Origin: Fibrobacterota bacterium
Lineage (GTDB): Bacteria; Fibrobacterota; Fibrobacteria; UBA11236
DNA: 64,000 nucleotides
Assembly: GCA_028287465.1 (NCBI GenBank)
Contig: JAQBPO010000064.1
Span: 72,249-136,248, forward strand
Reading direction: 5' to 3'
Shown: one piece after another, positions 37,036-46,634 of the stretch
Numbering within the stretch: the stretch's first letter is position 1
Layout of the letters: each line of letters begins with the position of its first letter
The notes under the pieces: model-generated
The model's input: the letters and a program-made list of their open reading frames with translations, nothing else
Databases searched by the model: none
What the model was told of the DNA's origin: nothing
Made by a program: the position numbers and the translations under genes

Positions 37036-38862
37036 ATGGTGATCAGCCCTTCGCGAACCGTCCTTCGGCCCGTCCTTCTCACCGCCTTCTACCTGTTTTG
37101 CCCAAATCTCTTTTGCGCTAAACCCGCCGCGGCTGCCGAGGACTACGCCGCATGGCCCAACGCCACCGACGTCATCCTGAACACCTCCGCGACCGGCGCC
37201 GGCGTGGCCGGCACCGTCGCCAATTTCCCGGTGCTGGTACGGCTCACCTCCGCCAACTTCCCCTTTTCCCAGGCCGGCGGGAAAGGCCGGGACATCCGTT
37301 TCTCGAAACAGGATCGCACCCCGCTCGATTACGAGATCGAACGCTGGGACTCGACCCGCGCCCAGGCCGAGATCTGGGTCAGGCTGGACGAGGTGCGCGG
37401 GAACGCCGCGGGACAGATCGTGCGGATGTACTGGGGAAACCCGTCGGCCGCGGACAGTTCCGACGCGGCGGCCGTCTTCCGGGGGGCTGACGGCTATGTG
37501 GCCGCCTGGCACTTGGGGGTTCCCGGGACCGCGGCGCGCCCGAACGCGGTGGCGGGAGGCAATCCGGCGGCGCCCAACTCGTACGATGGGGACGAGAATT
37601 CCGCCGGCCTCATCGCCGGCGCGGACAGCCTGGACGGAACCGCTACCGGGGATTTCCTGGACATCGGCGACGGTTATACGGAGTTCACCGCCGGATTCAC
37701 CTATTCGGCCTGGGTCTATCCCACCGCCATGAAACGATGGTCGCACGTCCTCGACCTGGGGAACGGCACCGGCAACGACAACATCATCGTGAACCGGGTG
37801 GACACCACCGCGGCCATGGGATTCCACAATTGGACCGGGACCAACTCCTACGCCAAGGAGGTGCCCAACCAATGGGCGCTCAATCAATGGCAGTTCATCA
37901 CGGTCACCATGACGGGGAAGAACGTGCGCATGTACAAGAACGGCGCGCAAATCCTGGCGGACACCCTTCCCGGCGCCATGACCGGCGTGAACCGCACGAC
38001 CAACTACCTGGGCAAATCCAACTGGGCCGCGGACGATTTCTTCCAGGGCAAGCTGGACGAACCCGTTCTGGCCAAGACCGTGCGCAGCGCCGACTGGATC
38101 AAGCTGAGCTACCAGAACCAGCGCGCCGCCCAGACCCTGGTGACGGTGGTGAAGCCGGTGCAGTGCGCGGCCAGGATAAGCGTCCCCCCCGATACCACGG
38201 TGCCGGAAGGCGGTTCACTTACCCTGAACGCCGGCGTCGAATGCGCGGCGGGCTTCTCCTGGTCCGTGATCTCCGGGCCGGCGCCGCGCATCCTGGATCC
38301 GGAAACCAAATCCCTGGCCGTAGCGATCCCCCGCGTGGCCGCCGACACCGTCATCGTGTACCGCCTGACCGCGGAATTCTCCGACTCCACCAGGACCCGG
38401 GACGTGCGCGTGCGCATCAAGGAATCCATCCCGGATCCGATCTTCACCCTTCCCGCCATCCCATCCTGGAGCGGCAAGGAAGCGATTGCCTACCGGCCCG
38501 CCATCTCCAACCTGGCCGCCATCAAGGCCAGCCGGGATTCGGCGCTGCATTGGACGTGGAGTTTCGCCGGACCGGCCGTGGATACGTCCTGGCTGGAGGA
38601 CGGCATGACCTTGAAAAGCGCGGAGGGCGCGGGCGCATTGCAGATCGGGTTGTGCCTGGACAACGGCGGGCCGATCGTTTGCAGGAACGCCGCTTTGACC
38701 ATCACCGGTTCCGCGGCCTCCATGCTCCAGGCCCAATCGACTCCCCAAGGCCAAATAACCAAAACGGACCCCGGCCGTGACGCCCTCGGAAGGGCGGCGG
38801 ACGGGCCGATTACGCCTCGCAAGGCCGGCCGGCCGGGAATTGCGCGTTACCCCCGAAAATAA
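37036..38862 (+). CDS. secreted DUF2341 + LamG (concanavalin-A-like) protein, MshQ-like, with a shared C-terminal module; paralog A
   Basis: DUF2341-like FPVLVRLTSANFPFSQAGGKGRDIRFS...YEIERWD...AEIWVRL. LamG-like FTYSAWVYPTA...NQWQFITVTMTGKNVRMYKNGAQI...FQGKLDEP. Start placed at MVISPSRTVLRPVLLTAFYLFCP (signal peptide). Confidence 0.55.
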   Translation: MVISPSRTVLRPVLLTAFYLFCPNLFCAKPAAAAEDYAAWPNATDVILNTSATGAGVAGTVANFPVLVRLTSANFPFSQAGGKGRDIRFSKQDRTPLDYEIERWDSTRAQAEIWVRLDEVRGNAAGQIVRMYWGNPSAADSSDAAAVFRGADGYVAAWHLGVPGTAARPNAVAGGNPAAPNSYDGDENSAGLIAGADSLDGTATGDFLDIGDGYTEFTAGFTYSAWVYPTAMKRWSHVLDLGNGTGNDNIIVNRVDTTAAMGFHNWTGTNSYAKEVPNQWALNQWQFITVTMTGKNVRMYKNGAQILADTLPGAMTGVNRTTNYLGKSNWAADDFFQGKLDEPVLAKTVRSADWIKLSYQNQRAAQTLVTVVKPVQCAARISVPPDTTVPEGGSLTLNAGVECAAGFSWSVISGPAPRILDPETKSLAVAIPRVAADTVIVYRLTAEFSDSTRTRDVRVRIKESIPDPIFTLPAIPSWSGKEAIAYRPAISNLAAIKASRDSALHWTWSFAGPAVDTSWLEDGMTLKSAEGAGALQIGLCLDNGGPIVCRNAALTITGSAASMLQAQSTPQGQITKTDPGRDALGRAADGPITPRKAGRPGIARYPRK

Positions 38863-39006
38863 ATCCAGCCTCCGCCCAAGATCCTAAAACGATTTCCCGC
38901 CTCCGGGACGTATCGTATTGGCGGGGGGATGACGTTCCGGCTACCGCCGGGGCGGCGTCATCAAGATCACGTGGCAAACAACCTGGCTCGCGATTTCCGT
39001 CGTACC

Positions 39007-40833
39007 ATGCTCAACATCGGCTCCAAGGCCTTCCTTACGGCTTCGGCCCTGGGCGCCGTGGCCATGATGGCCGCCGCGGAAGCGGCGGAAAACTATTCCA
39101 CCTGGGGACGCGCCTCGGACCTCATCCTGGATACCTCGCCCGCGGGCGCGGACGTTCCCGGCCCCCTGAGCGACTTCCCCCTGCTGGTCCGGCTCAACGC
39201 GTCCAACTTCACCTTCGCCGAAGCGCGCGGCCGGGGCCAGGACATCCGCTTCTCCGATGCGGCCGGGTCGCCGCTCGACTACCAGATCGAGCGCTGGGAT
39301 TCCGCGCGGGCCCTCGCGGAGATCTGGGTCAGGATCCCCCTTGTCTCGGGCAATGCCGCCGGGCAGACCTACCATATGCATTGGGGCAAATCGACGGCCG
39401 CCGACAGTTCGGACGGGCGGGCGGTGTTTTCGAACCACCAGGTGGCGGTGTGGCACATGGGCGGGACCGGAGCCAACGCCCGCGCAAACTCCGCCCCAGG
39501 CGGCCAGGCGGCCCAACCGTACAATTACGAATCCGACAAATCCCGCGATGGCATCATCGCCAAGGCGGACACCCTGGACGGCCAGGATCCCGGCGATTAC
39601 CTGGACATCGGGGACGGATACCAGGACTTCTCCGGCGGCTTCAGCTTTTCCATCTGGGCCTACCCGACCGCCGTGAAGAACTACGCCCGCTTCTTCGAAT
39701 TGGGCAACGGCGAAAGCGCGGACAATATCATGCTCACGCGCGACGGGACATCCGACGACCTGCGATTCGACAATTACAATCCCGGGGCCACGGTAAGCAC
39801 GGTCAAAAGCGGCGCGGCCATCTCCCTGAACCAATGGCAGCAATTCGGCGTCAACGTCTCCACGTCCGGGCTCGCGAAGATCTACAAGAACGGCGCGGTC
39901 ATCGCGCAAGGACAGCTCACCAATACCGTAGCCAACGTCTGGCGCGCTTCCAACTTCCTGGGGAAATCGAATTGGACCTGGGACGCCTATTTCCAGGGCA
40001 TGCTGGACGAACCGGCGCTGAGCAATATCAGCCACAGCGACAACTGGTACAAGCTCTGCTACCAGAACCAGAGGCAGGCCCAGACCCTGGTCACGGTCAA
40101 GCGCCCCGCCCTCTGCCAATCCCGGTTCAAGGGGCAGGCCGACACGGCGGTGAATGAAGGAGCCACGGTGAATCTGACGGGCACGGCAGACTGCGCTACC
40201 GGGGTATCCTGGAGCGTCCTTTCCGGGCCCGCCCCGCGCATCCTCGATCCGGAAATGAAGGTCCTCACGGTCGCGATGCCCCGCGTTTCCGGGGAGACCG
40301 TCATCGTCTACCGGTTCGCCGCCGCCTACGCGGATTCCTCGCCCTACAAGGATGTCCGGGTGACCATACGGGAGACCGTCCCCGATCCCGATTTCACCAT
40401 GCCTCCGCTCACCGCATGGGACGGCAAGATCGCCGTGGCCTACCGGCCCGCCATCGCGAACCTTTCCGCCATCAAGGCTTCGGCGTCTCCCGTCATCCAT
40501 TGGGCCTGGACCTTGTCCGGCGTGGCCGCGGATACCGCCTGGCTCGCGGACGGACTCAACCTCAAGACCGCCGCGGCGGAAGGGCCCTTGCAGATAGGAT
40601 TGTGCCTGGACAATTCCGGTGCCCGCGTTTGCAAATCAGCCTCGATCACGGTCTCCCGCACCGCCGGCAGCACCTCGTCCTTGATCGATCGGACCGCCGC
40701 CTCGGCCAAGCGCCCGGGGGATCCCAGGGCGGACCGTGAATGGCGCGACGCATCCGGCCGTCTCCGGACCGGCGCCTACGGCGGCATCAACCCGGGCGGC
40801 CGCTTCGCAGGCAAATCCAGGCCAGCCCCATGA
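39007..40833 (+). CDS. secreted DUF2341 + LamG protein; paralog B of the upstream gene
   Basis: Same architecture and about 60% identity to paralog A (FPLLVRLNASNFTFAEARGRGQDIRFS...). Signal peptide MLNIGSKAFLTASALGAVAMMAAA. Confidence 0.55.
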   Translation: MLNIGSKAFLTASALGAVAMMAAAEAAENYSTWGRASDLILDTSPAGADVPGPLSDFPLLVRLNASNFTFAEARGRGQDIRFSDAAGSPLDYQIERWDSARALAEIWVRIPLVSGNAAGQTYHMHWGKSTAADSSDGRAVFSNHQVAVWHMGGTGANARANSAPGGQAAQPYNYESDKSRDGIIAKADTLDGQDPGDYLDIGDGYQDFSGGFSFSIWAYPTAVKNYARFFELGNGESADNIMLTRDGTSDDLRFDNYNPGATVSTVKSGAAISLNQWQQFGVNVSTSGLAKIYKNGAVIAQGQLTNTVANVWRASNFLGKSNWTWDAYFQGMLDEPALSNISHSDNWYKLCYQNQRQAQTLVTVKRPALCQSRFKGQADTAVNEGATVNLTGTADCATGVSWSVLSGPAPRILDPEMKVLTVAMPRVSGETVIVYRFAAAYADSSPYKDVRVTIRETVPDPDFTMPPLTAWDGKIAVAYRPAIANLSAIKASASPVIHWAWTLSGVAADTAWLADGLNLKTAAAEGPLQIGLCLDNSGARVCKSASITVSRTAGSTSSLIDRTAASAKRPGDPRADREWRDASGRLRTGAYGGINPGGRFAGKSRPAP

Positions 40834-41836
40834 ACAGCGCCGTGGCCCCGTAGGCCAGGGTTATCATGCGGGTTACGTCCCGGGGCGCCCCCCCTTCCGG
40901 AGCGTCACCGGGCCCGATCCATATTTCATTGACCAGGATCCCGTGTTTGCGGATGGGGCCCGCCAGGCGGATATCCAACGCCCCGGCCGCGGCGGTCTCG
41001 CTCCAACCCTTGTTGGGGCCCGGCAAAAGGGCATGCTGGCCGATCGCGACGGTCCAGGCCTTGCGCCCGGAGTATCCCGGAACGAGGCAAGCGAAGAGGG
41101 CAATGAGGCCCAGGCAGAGGCGCGCCGGGATCCAATTCATCACGTCGTCCAGGCGCGCGCCGAACCAGCCGAAGCGGAGATAACGTTCGTCCTTGTATCC
41201 CACCATGGAATCCATGGTGCTCGCCACCTTGAACAGGATAAGGCCCGGCAGGCCCAGCAAGGCGAACCAGAACAAAGGCGCGATCACGCCGTCGCATAGG
41301 CTTTCAGCCAGGCTTTCCACCGCGGCCCGGTTGCACGCCGCGAAGTCCATGCTGTCGACGTCCCGGCCCACCAGCATGGCCGTGGCCGCACGGGACGCGG
41401 CCAAATCCCCGCGCCGGGTGGCCACCGCAATCCGTTTGCCGTGGCGGATGAGATCGCCGAGGGCCAACAGGCTGTATCCCAGATAGGCCCTCCAGATCCA
41501 ATCCATCGCCCAGCCATAGGCGGGCGCGCCCGCGGCCTCCCCGGCCTTCCTCAGGGCGAAGGACACGGCCCAACCGGCGCCGTCGAAACCGGCCGCGAGG
41601 GACAGGAAGAGGAGGAATCCGCCGAACCGCCCGTCCAGACCGAACCAGCGCAGTCGGGATTCGGCCGACGCCAACGCCTTGCCCATCACCCGGATGGGGT
41701 GCAACCGGTACTGCGGATCGCCCAGGACGATGTCGAGCGCGAGGCAGATGGCGATGAAGGGGAAAGGGCCCCGGAGCGGGCCGTCCGGTCCGAACAGGCC
41801 GATGATGCCCACCCTTACTTCCATTTCTCGCGCCAC
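40787..41836 (-). CDS. cobD: cobalamin biosynthesis protein CobD/CbiB (adenosylcobinamide-phosphate synthase)
   Basis: Polytopic membrane protein with LGDPQYRLHPIRVMG and RD...SPNKGWSETAAAGALDIRLAGP motifs, about 330 aa. Confidence 0.7.
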   Translation of the reverse strand: MAREMEVRVGIIGLFGPDGPLRGPFPFIAICLALDIVLGDPQYRLHPIRVMGKALASAESRLRWFGLDGRFGGFLLFLSLAAGFDGAGWAVSFALRKAGEAAGAPAYGWAMDWIWRAYLGYSLLALGDLIRHGKRIAVATRRGDLAASRAATAMLVGRDVDSMDFAACNRAAVESLAESLCDGVIAPLFWFALLGLPGLILFKVASTMDSMVGYKDERYLRFGWFGARLDDVMNWIPARLCLGLIALFACLVPGYSGRKAWTVAIGQHALLPGPNKGWSETAAAGALDIRLAGPIRKHGILVNEIWIGPGDAPEGGAPRDVTRMITLAYGATALFMGLAWICLRSGRPG

Positions 41837-43011
41837 CCCAGGGCCAAGGCCTGCGCGGCCAGCGCGGGAATATCGGAGGATTGCGCCGCCAGGGCCGAGC
41901 GGAAGTACGGGAATGCTTCCGTCTTCGCCGCCAGCCCCGCCGCCATCATGGCCGCCTGGTTGGCCAGGAGTTCCCGGCCCGAGGCTTCAGGTAGGGTTCC
42001 GTATGCGATGCGATCGCGCACCGCGGCCAAGGCGTAAGCCGCTCCGGCCACGAGGGGTTCATGGACCACGGCCTGGAAGTTCGCCTGCAGCAGGGCCCGG
42101 TCCTTCTCCTCGAGATGCGCGCATGCGGCCTCGAGCAGCTTCGCCTCTTCCACCCCGAACCTCCCCAGGGCGTGGATGAGATTGCGGGTGCGCGAAGGTT
42201 CCAGCCCGTTCTGCCAGCGCAGGGCTTCCTTGGTCGCTTCCGTCACGGCGCGGGCGAGGATCTCACCCAGCTTGGAATGCTTACCGGTCCAGGTCTTGGG
42301 GCCGCGGGCGGGATCGATGGGCGCGGCAAGGCAGAACTGGTCCGTGCCGGTTCCGGTGGCCAGGTTCGGGGAAAAGCGGCTGGACACGGCCAGCTCCAGG
42401 AGCGCCGCCGTCTTCGCTTCGGTCATGGTGGCTACGGCGCGGCTCAAGGCGGCGGGCAGCAAAGGCCAATTGAAGATCACCATGGTATTGATGGTTCCCG
42501 GGACGGCATGAACGGGTTTCCAGGCGGTCGCGGCGTTCCCCGTCCCGGCCGCTCCGCCCTCCATGCCGCTCTCATGCTTTTCATGCCAGGTGGCGGGATC
42601 CCCCGCCCTGCCCGCATTGCCCTGCACGCCGGCGGTCACGACCGACCATACCGTGATCTCCTCGAAGGACTCCTCCCGGACCGATGCGTACTGCATGTTC
42701 GCGGCCGTGCCCATCAAGGCGGTTTCCTCCGCCGGGACCCCGGCCTCTTCGCAGGCCAGGCCATGGTAGGCCTCCTGTCCCTGTCCGATCAAGATGTCAT
42801 GGCGGGCGATATGCCCCTTCCCTTCCGTGCTCTGATGGTTCAGGAGGAAGCGCATCCGTTCGGACTGGCCTCCGTTCACGTGGGAGGTGGAGAGGACCAG
42901 ATGGGGTTTTTTTAGATCGGCGGACAGGAAACGGCCTCGCCTGCGCAGGGTGAACCCGTCCGTCTCCAGCAAGGTGATCGCGTCGGCGGCGGGATCGTTG
43001 GCGTTCTTCAT
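41815..43011 (-). CDS. CbiZ-like adenosylcobinamide amidohydrolase family protein with a C-terminal extension of about 150 aa
   Basis: Start placed at MKNANDPAADAITLLETDGF. The longer ORF N-terminus is GC-artefact-like. It contains LVLSTSHVNGG and GTGTDQF segments and overlaps cobD by 22 nt. The family assignment is from memory. Confidence 0.35.
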   Translation of the reverse strand: MKNANDPAADAITLLETDGFTLRRRGRFLSADLKKPHLVLSTSHVNGGQSERMRFLLNHQSTEGKGHIARHDILIGQGQEAYHGLACEEAGVPAEETALMGTAANMQYASVREESFEEITVWSVVTAGVQGNAGRAGDPATWHEKHESGMEGGAAGTGNAATAWKPVHAVPGTINTMVIFNWPLLPAALSRAVATMTEAKTAALLELAVSSRFSPNLATGTGTDQFCLAAPIDPARGPKTWTGKHSKLGEILARAVTEATKEALRWQNGLEPSRTRNLIHALGRFGVEEAKLLEAACAHLEEKDRALLQANFQAVVHEPLVAGAAYALAAVRDRIAYGTLPEASGRELLANQAAMMAAGLAAKTEAFPYFRSALAAQSSDIPALAAQALALGWREKWK

Positions 43012-43056
43012 CGCCGAAAAGTAGCACCAAAGCGGGACAGGCGGTAGAATCGGGGT

Positions 43057-43830
43057 ATGAGGTCCCTGGCCGCGGCCGCCGCCGCCTGCATGTTCCTGTC
43101 CTGCCTTGCCCCGTGGCAATCCGGCGAGCGCTCCTGCGCGGATTCGGCGCGCCTGGATTTCCCCGTGGATCTGGCGGCCTATGCGGCCAACGGCAGCCTG
43201 TGGCCCTTCGGCGTCCACGGAGGCACCAATCCGGAAGGCCATCCCGGCATCGACCTGTTCCTGGATACCGCCGACGCGGAGGGGGATATCGCCGTCCGGG
43301 CCTCTTTCTCCTCCGAGATCATCTCCATAACGCCGGAAACGGAATTCCCCGGCAGCTCCTGCATCGTCATGGATTCCGCCTGCGTGGAAGTGAACCTCTG
43401 CCATGTGCGCTTGGATCCGTCCCTCAAGGAAGGCGGCAAGGTGAAGCGCGGGCAGGTGCTCGGGACCGTAGGCCTGGCCGGGAGCGAGGGCCGCTTGGCC
43501 CTGCATTTCGGGACGTACAGCGGCCGGGACGCCGACCTGGCGTGCCCGGCGGATTTCCTGGATCCGGATACCGTGCTATGCCGCCTGGGGCTTTCCGCGG
43601 GGGGGAAGGCGCCTTCCCGGTGTGGTTACGCGCCGGGTACGGTAACCTTGATGGGACGATCGGAATACGGGGAGCGCTTTCCCCGGGAGCTTGCCGTCAA
43701 GTGCGCGGACGGGTCCACCCAGGTATTCGACCTCGCCGCCGAGAACGCCCTCTGCAGCCCCCGTTATTCCCCAGCGGACCGCTCCCGGATGCTGACCTGC
43801 CTGGGCAATGCCTGCGCCGGGGTCTGGTAG
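43057..43830 (+). CDS. lipoprotein, possibly an M23/LytM-like metallopeptidase domain
   Basis: Lipobox MFLSCLAP. HPGIDLF and RLALHFGTY resemble the M23 HxxxD and HxH motifs. Rich in Cys. Confidence 0.3.
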   Translation: MRSLAAAAAACMFLSCLAPWQSGERSCADSARLDFPVDLAAYAANGSLWPFGVHGGTNPEGHPGIDLFLDTADAEGDIAVRASFSSEIISITPETEFPGSSCIVMDSACVEVNLCHVRLDPSLKEGGKVKRGQVLGTVGLAGSEGRLALHFGTYSGRDADLACPADFLDPDTVLCRLGLSAGGKAPSRCGYAPGTVTLMGRSEYGERFPRELAVKCADGSTQVFDLAAENALCSPRYSPADRSRMLTCLGNACAGVW

Positions 43831-44021
43831 CGGCCCTCCATTCCGGCCTTCCCCGGGATTGGGCCGGACCCGCTCCCATGCCGACCGCATCTGCTCCGAT
43901 CGCCTGCGTCCCTCCCATGGAACGAGGAACATATGGATTGAGTGTTTTTGGAGCTTTTGGAGTTTTGAAACCCTCAAAATAAGCGCCTTTCGAGCCCTGG
44001 ATAGGTGAAATTCCCAAGGTT

Positions 44022-44051
44022 TTAAACTTCGGGCCCGCATTATCTTATAAT
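44022..44051 (+). promoter_or_regulatory. sigma-70-like promoter candidate (TTAAAC, 18-nt spacer, TATAAT) in an AT-rich island
   Basis: ttaaac-ttcgggcccgcattatct-tataat, about 50 nt upstream of the ATG at 44103. Confidence 0.3.
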
Positions 44052-44102
44052 CCGAGGGGAACGCGGGCTCCTAGCCGCGACCATGGGGAAAGCGAAATAA
44101 CA

Positions 44103-44600
44103 ATGAATCCCAGCCTGGTCTTGGGTATGGTGATGGTCGCAACGACCGTAGGTCTTGCTCCGGCCCAGAATCTGGGATTGGGGACGGGATCGCGCTCGAA
44201 TCCGGCCGAAGATTCCTCCGCAGCCATCGAAGGGCGCCAGGAGCGCCAGGACGAGGCCCCCAACCCGCGCAAGACCCAATTCAACCGCCGCCTGGGTCTG
44301 GCCGCCAGGAAGGCCAGGGTCTTCGATCCCAAGGAATTCGAAGCGCGCGGCCGCGAATTGCAGGGGCAGTACTACGAAATCGGCACGCCGGCGAACCCCA
44401 AGCAGCAAACCGGCCCGAACGCCACCGTAGGCACCATGGCCCTGAATCCTAAATCCGGATCGAAGCAATGGGTATTCTGGGTCGGCGTGGCGGGTGCCGC
44501 GGGTGTTTCCGCGGGAACGGTGGGATACCTCCTGATGAACAAGGCGCATCCGGCCTCGGCGCCGCCCCCCAAACACCTGGTCCTGACGGACGAACCCTGA
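44103..44600 (+). CDS. hypothetical secreted/membrane protein
   Basis: N-terminal hydrophobic MNPSLVLGMVMVATTVGLAPAQ and a C-terminal TM WVFWVGVAGAAGVSAGTVGYLLM. Confidence 0.4.
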   Translation: MNPSLVLGMVMVATTVGLAPAQNLGLGTGSRSNPAEDSSAAIEGRQERQDEAPNPRKTQFNRRLGLAARKARVFDPKEFEARGRELQGQYYEIGTPANPKQQTGPNATVGTMALNPKSGSKQWVFWVGVAGAAGVSAGTVGYLLMNKAHPASAPPPKHLVLTDEP

Positions 44601-44605
44601 ACCGT

Positions 44606-45598
44606 ATGTCCGCCCGCCCCGCATTCCTTGCCTGCCTGGCGATTCCCGCGCTCGCGCTGGGCCTTATGATGGCGGGCTGCCAGACCGCCGAGGTCCCCGA
44701 AGCGGAAACGGTGCTGGACGTCAAGCTGAACGATTCCCTCAGCCGCTACGACCGGGTGGTCGTGCAGATCGTGGATCGGGCGGATACCAACAAGGTGCTC
44801 GCGACCTTGTTCGACGGTCAGCTCCGCTTGCCGGGCAAGGGGATCGACCCGTATCCGCTGGGATCCCTGGCGAAGCAATCCTTCATCGTCAAGGTGACCG
44901 CCTATAAGGCCCTGGGGCAACTGGCCCTGAACACCCTGATTTTCTACGAGGGCGGAACGGCCAAGCCGAGCGTGCTCCATAAGGAAGTGCCTCCCTTGAT
45001 CCCGCACGATTGGCTGACCAAGATCACCCCGTCCCAAGGCGCCTTGTCCCCGGCCTTCGACAAGGACTCCCTCAACTACACCATCAACGTGGCCTCCGGG
45101 GCCGCCCTTACTTTTTCCATGACGCCCTTCTACAACGGGGCCTCGATCGCGTTCGACGGACAATCGCTCGCCGCCGGGACGGCGAGCAAGGCCATCACGG
45201 TCGAAACCGAGCCGGATACCGTCTCCGTTCTGGTCACGGACCTTTCCACCGGCGTCGCCTCCACGCGCACCTACAGCATCATCGTCAAGCCCATAGAGGC
45301 GCCTGGCATCTACCTGGGAAGCCTGGTGCCCAGCGCCGGTACCCTCAATCCTCCCTTCAAGGCCATCACCCAGATCTATTCCCTCAAGCTCCCTCCCGGC
45401 GTGGACACGGTGGCGTTCGTCATCACCCCCGCGGACGCGAGAACCATGACCATGACCGTCAACGACAAGGCGGTCCTCCCGGGCCAGCGTTCCCAGACCT
45501 TCAAAATCCTACCGGGAATTTCCTTCCCGATTCCCATCCAGGTCTACCGCGACGGCAATTCCCGATTCTACCAGGTGACCGTTGACTTGGCGAATTAG
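44606..45598 (+). CDS. lipoprotein with two cadherin-like beta-sandwich domains
   Basis: Lipobox GLMMAGC. ITPSQGALSPAFDKDSLNYTINV and LVPSAGTLNPPFKAITQIYSLKL match the G.LSP.F......Y...V cadherin-like pattern. Confidence 0.5.
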   Translation: MSARPAFLACLAIPALALGLMMAGCQTAEVPEAETVLDVKLNDSLSRYDRVVVQIVDRADTNKVLATLFDGQLRLPGKGIDPYPLGSLAKQSFIVKVTAYKALGQLALNTLIFYEGGTAKPSVLHKEVPPLIPHDWLTKITPSQGALSPAFDKDSLNYTINVASGAALTFSMTPFYNGASIAFDGQSLAAGTASKAITVETEPDTVSVLVTDLSTGVASTRTYSIIVKPIEAPGIYLGSLVPSAGTLNPPFKAITQIYSLKLPPGVDTVAFVITPADARTMTMTVNDKAVLPGQRSQTFKILPGISFPIPIQVYRDGNSRFYQVTVDLAN

Positions 45599-45714
45599 CC
45601 CGGATTAAGGCAACCGGCGCTCTCCATTAGTGCCTGGTAACGTTCCCGACACCCCTACTTTTCCACCCCTGTCGATAAGTCTTAATTCAGATTATCACCC
45701 AATCAGGAGGTCCC

Positions 45715-46440
45715 ATGCTTCACAGCATGCGCAAATTCGGATGTCTCTCTCTCGTTGTCGTCGCTACCCTCGGTGGCCGGTCCTGGGGCCAAAGCCAAAC
45801 CAATATCACCGTGCAGGGCGATGGGCAGACCCAAGCGGCGCCTGCCGCCAAGGATACCGTGAAGATGGTCCCGGAAGGTTCCGTGGTAGTGCCTACCCCG
45901 AGCGGAACGGCCGTGATCGACGATCAGGCCTATACCCCGCCGGATACCGCCAGCGAAGTGGGAGCCATTCCGCCTTCCCAGGTCAAGGTGCTGCAGAACC
46001 GCAGGGAATCCAAGCAGTTCACCGGCGCGGGTTTCGGCCCGGCGGGGTTCGGCAATATCGATGAGAAGATGCCCGCGTATGATGTGTATGCCGGGCACTT
46101 CTGGGAAGTGAACAAGCATGCGGCCATCAAGGCCCTGGGCGAGGTCGCTTCCGACTTCGATCGCGCCACCCTGGCCAACCTGCAGCTGGGCGCCAACCTG
46201 TACGCCATGCCCACCGACATCTCCCCTTACGTGGGTGCCGGCTTGGGCCTCGGTTACGGGACCGTTCCCGGGGACCGTTCCTTCGGATTCAACGTAGGGG
46301 CCTCCATCGGGGCCTTGCTCTTCCGCACCTCGAACGCCCAGATGAACCTCGAAGGCAGCGCGCAGACCATGCTGTCCGAATTGGGCGAAGATAAGAGCAT
46401 GCCCACCGTCTACGCGGCCCGCCTCGGCGTGCTGTTCTAG
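45715..46440 (+). CDS. outer-membrane beta-barrel protein (OmpA-barrel / OmpW-like), C-terminal Phe
   Basis: Signal peptide. Gly-rich amphipathic strands (VGAGLGLGYGTV, FGFNVGASIGALLF) and a terminal ...RLGVLF. AGGAGG Shine-Dalgarno 4 nt upstream. Confidence 0.55.
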   Translation: MLHSMRKFGCLSLVVVATLGGRSWGQSQTNITVQGDGQTQAAPAAKDTVKMVPEGSVVVPTPSGTAVIDDQAYTPPDTASEVGAIPPSQVKVLQNRRESKQFTGAGFGPAGFGNIDEKMPAYDVYAGHFWEVNKHAAIKALGEVASDFDRATLANLQLGANLYAMPTDISPYVGAGLGLGYGTVPGDRSFGFNVGASIGALLFRTSNAQMNLEGSAQTMLSELGEDKSMPTVYAARLGVLF

Positions 46441-46634
46441 ACGGCGTATCGCCTAAGCCCGTCAAGGCGCCGGTGGGAAGAAGGCGACGGACGGGTAAAG
46501 CGCGGGACGAGATCCCCGGCCGGGAGCCGACTCCCCCGGGGAACCCCCGCGCACTGAAGGGCCTCCATGCGAATGGAGGCCCTTCCCATTCCAGGTCCTC
46601 GGGAAGCGATGATCGGAAGGGCCGGGATGCCGGC

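Noticed and set aside
38700-38930. A frameshifted continuation of the DUF2341-LamG gene into the WNRPG sorting tail
   Set aside because: I translated all three forward frames after the LCLDNGG motif and found no WNRPG-like tail. The gene ends at 38862 as called. I cannot rule out a truncated pseudo-tail without read data.
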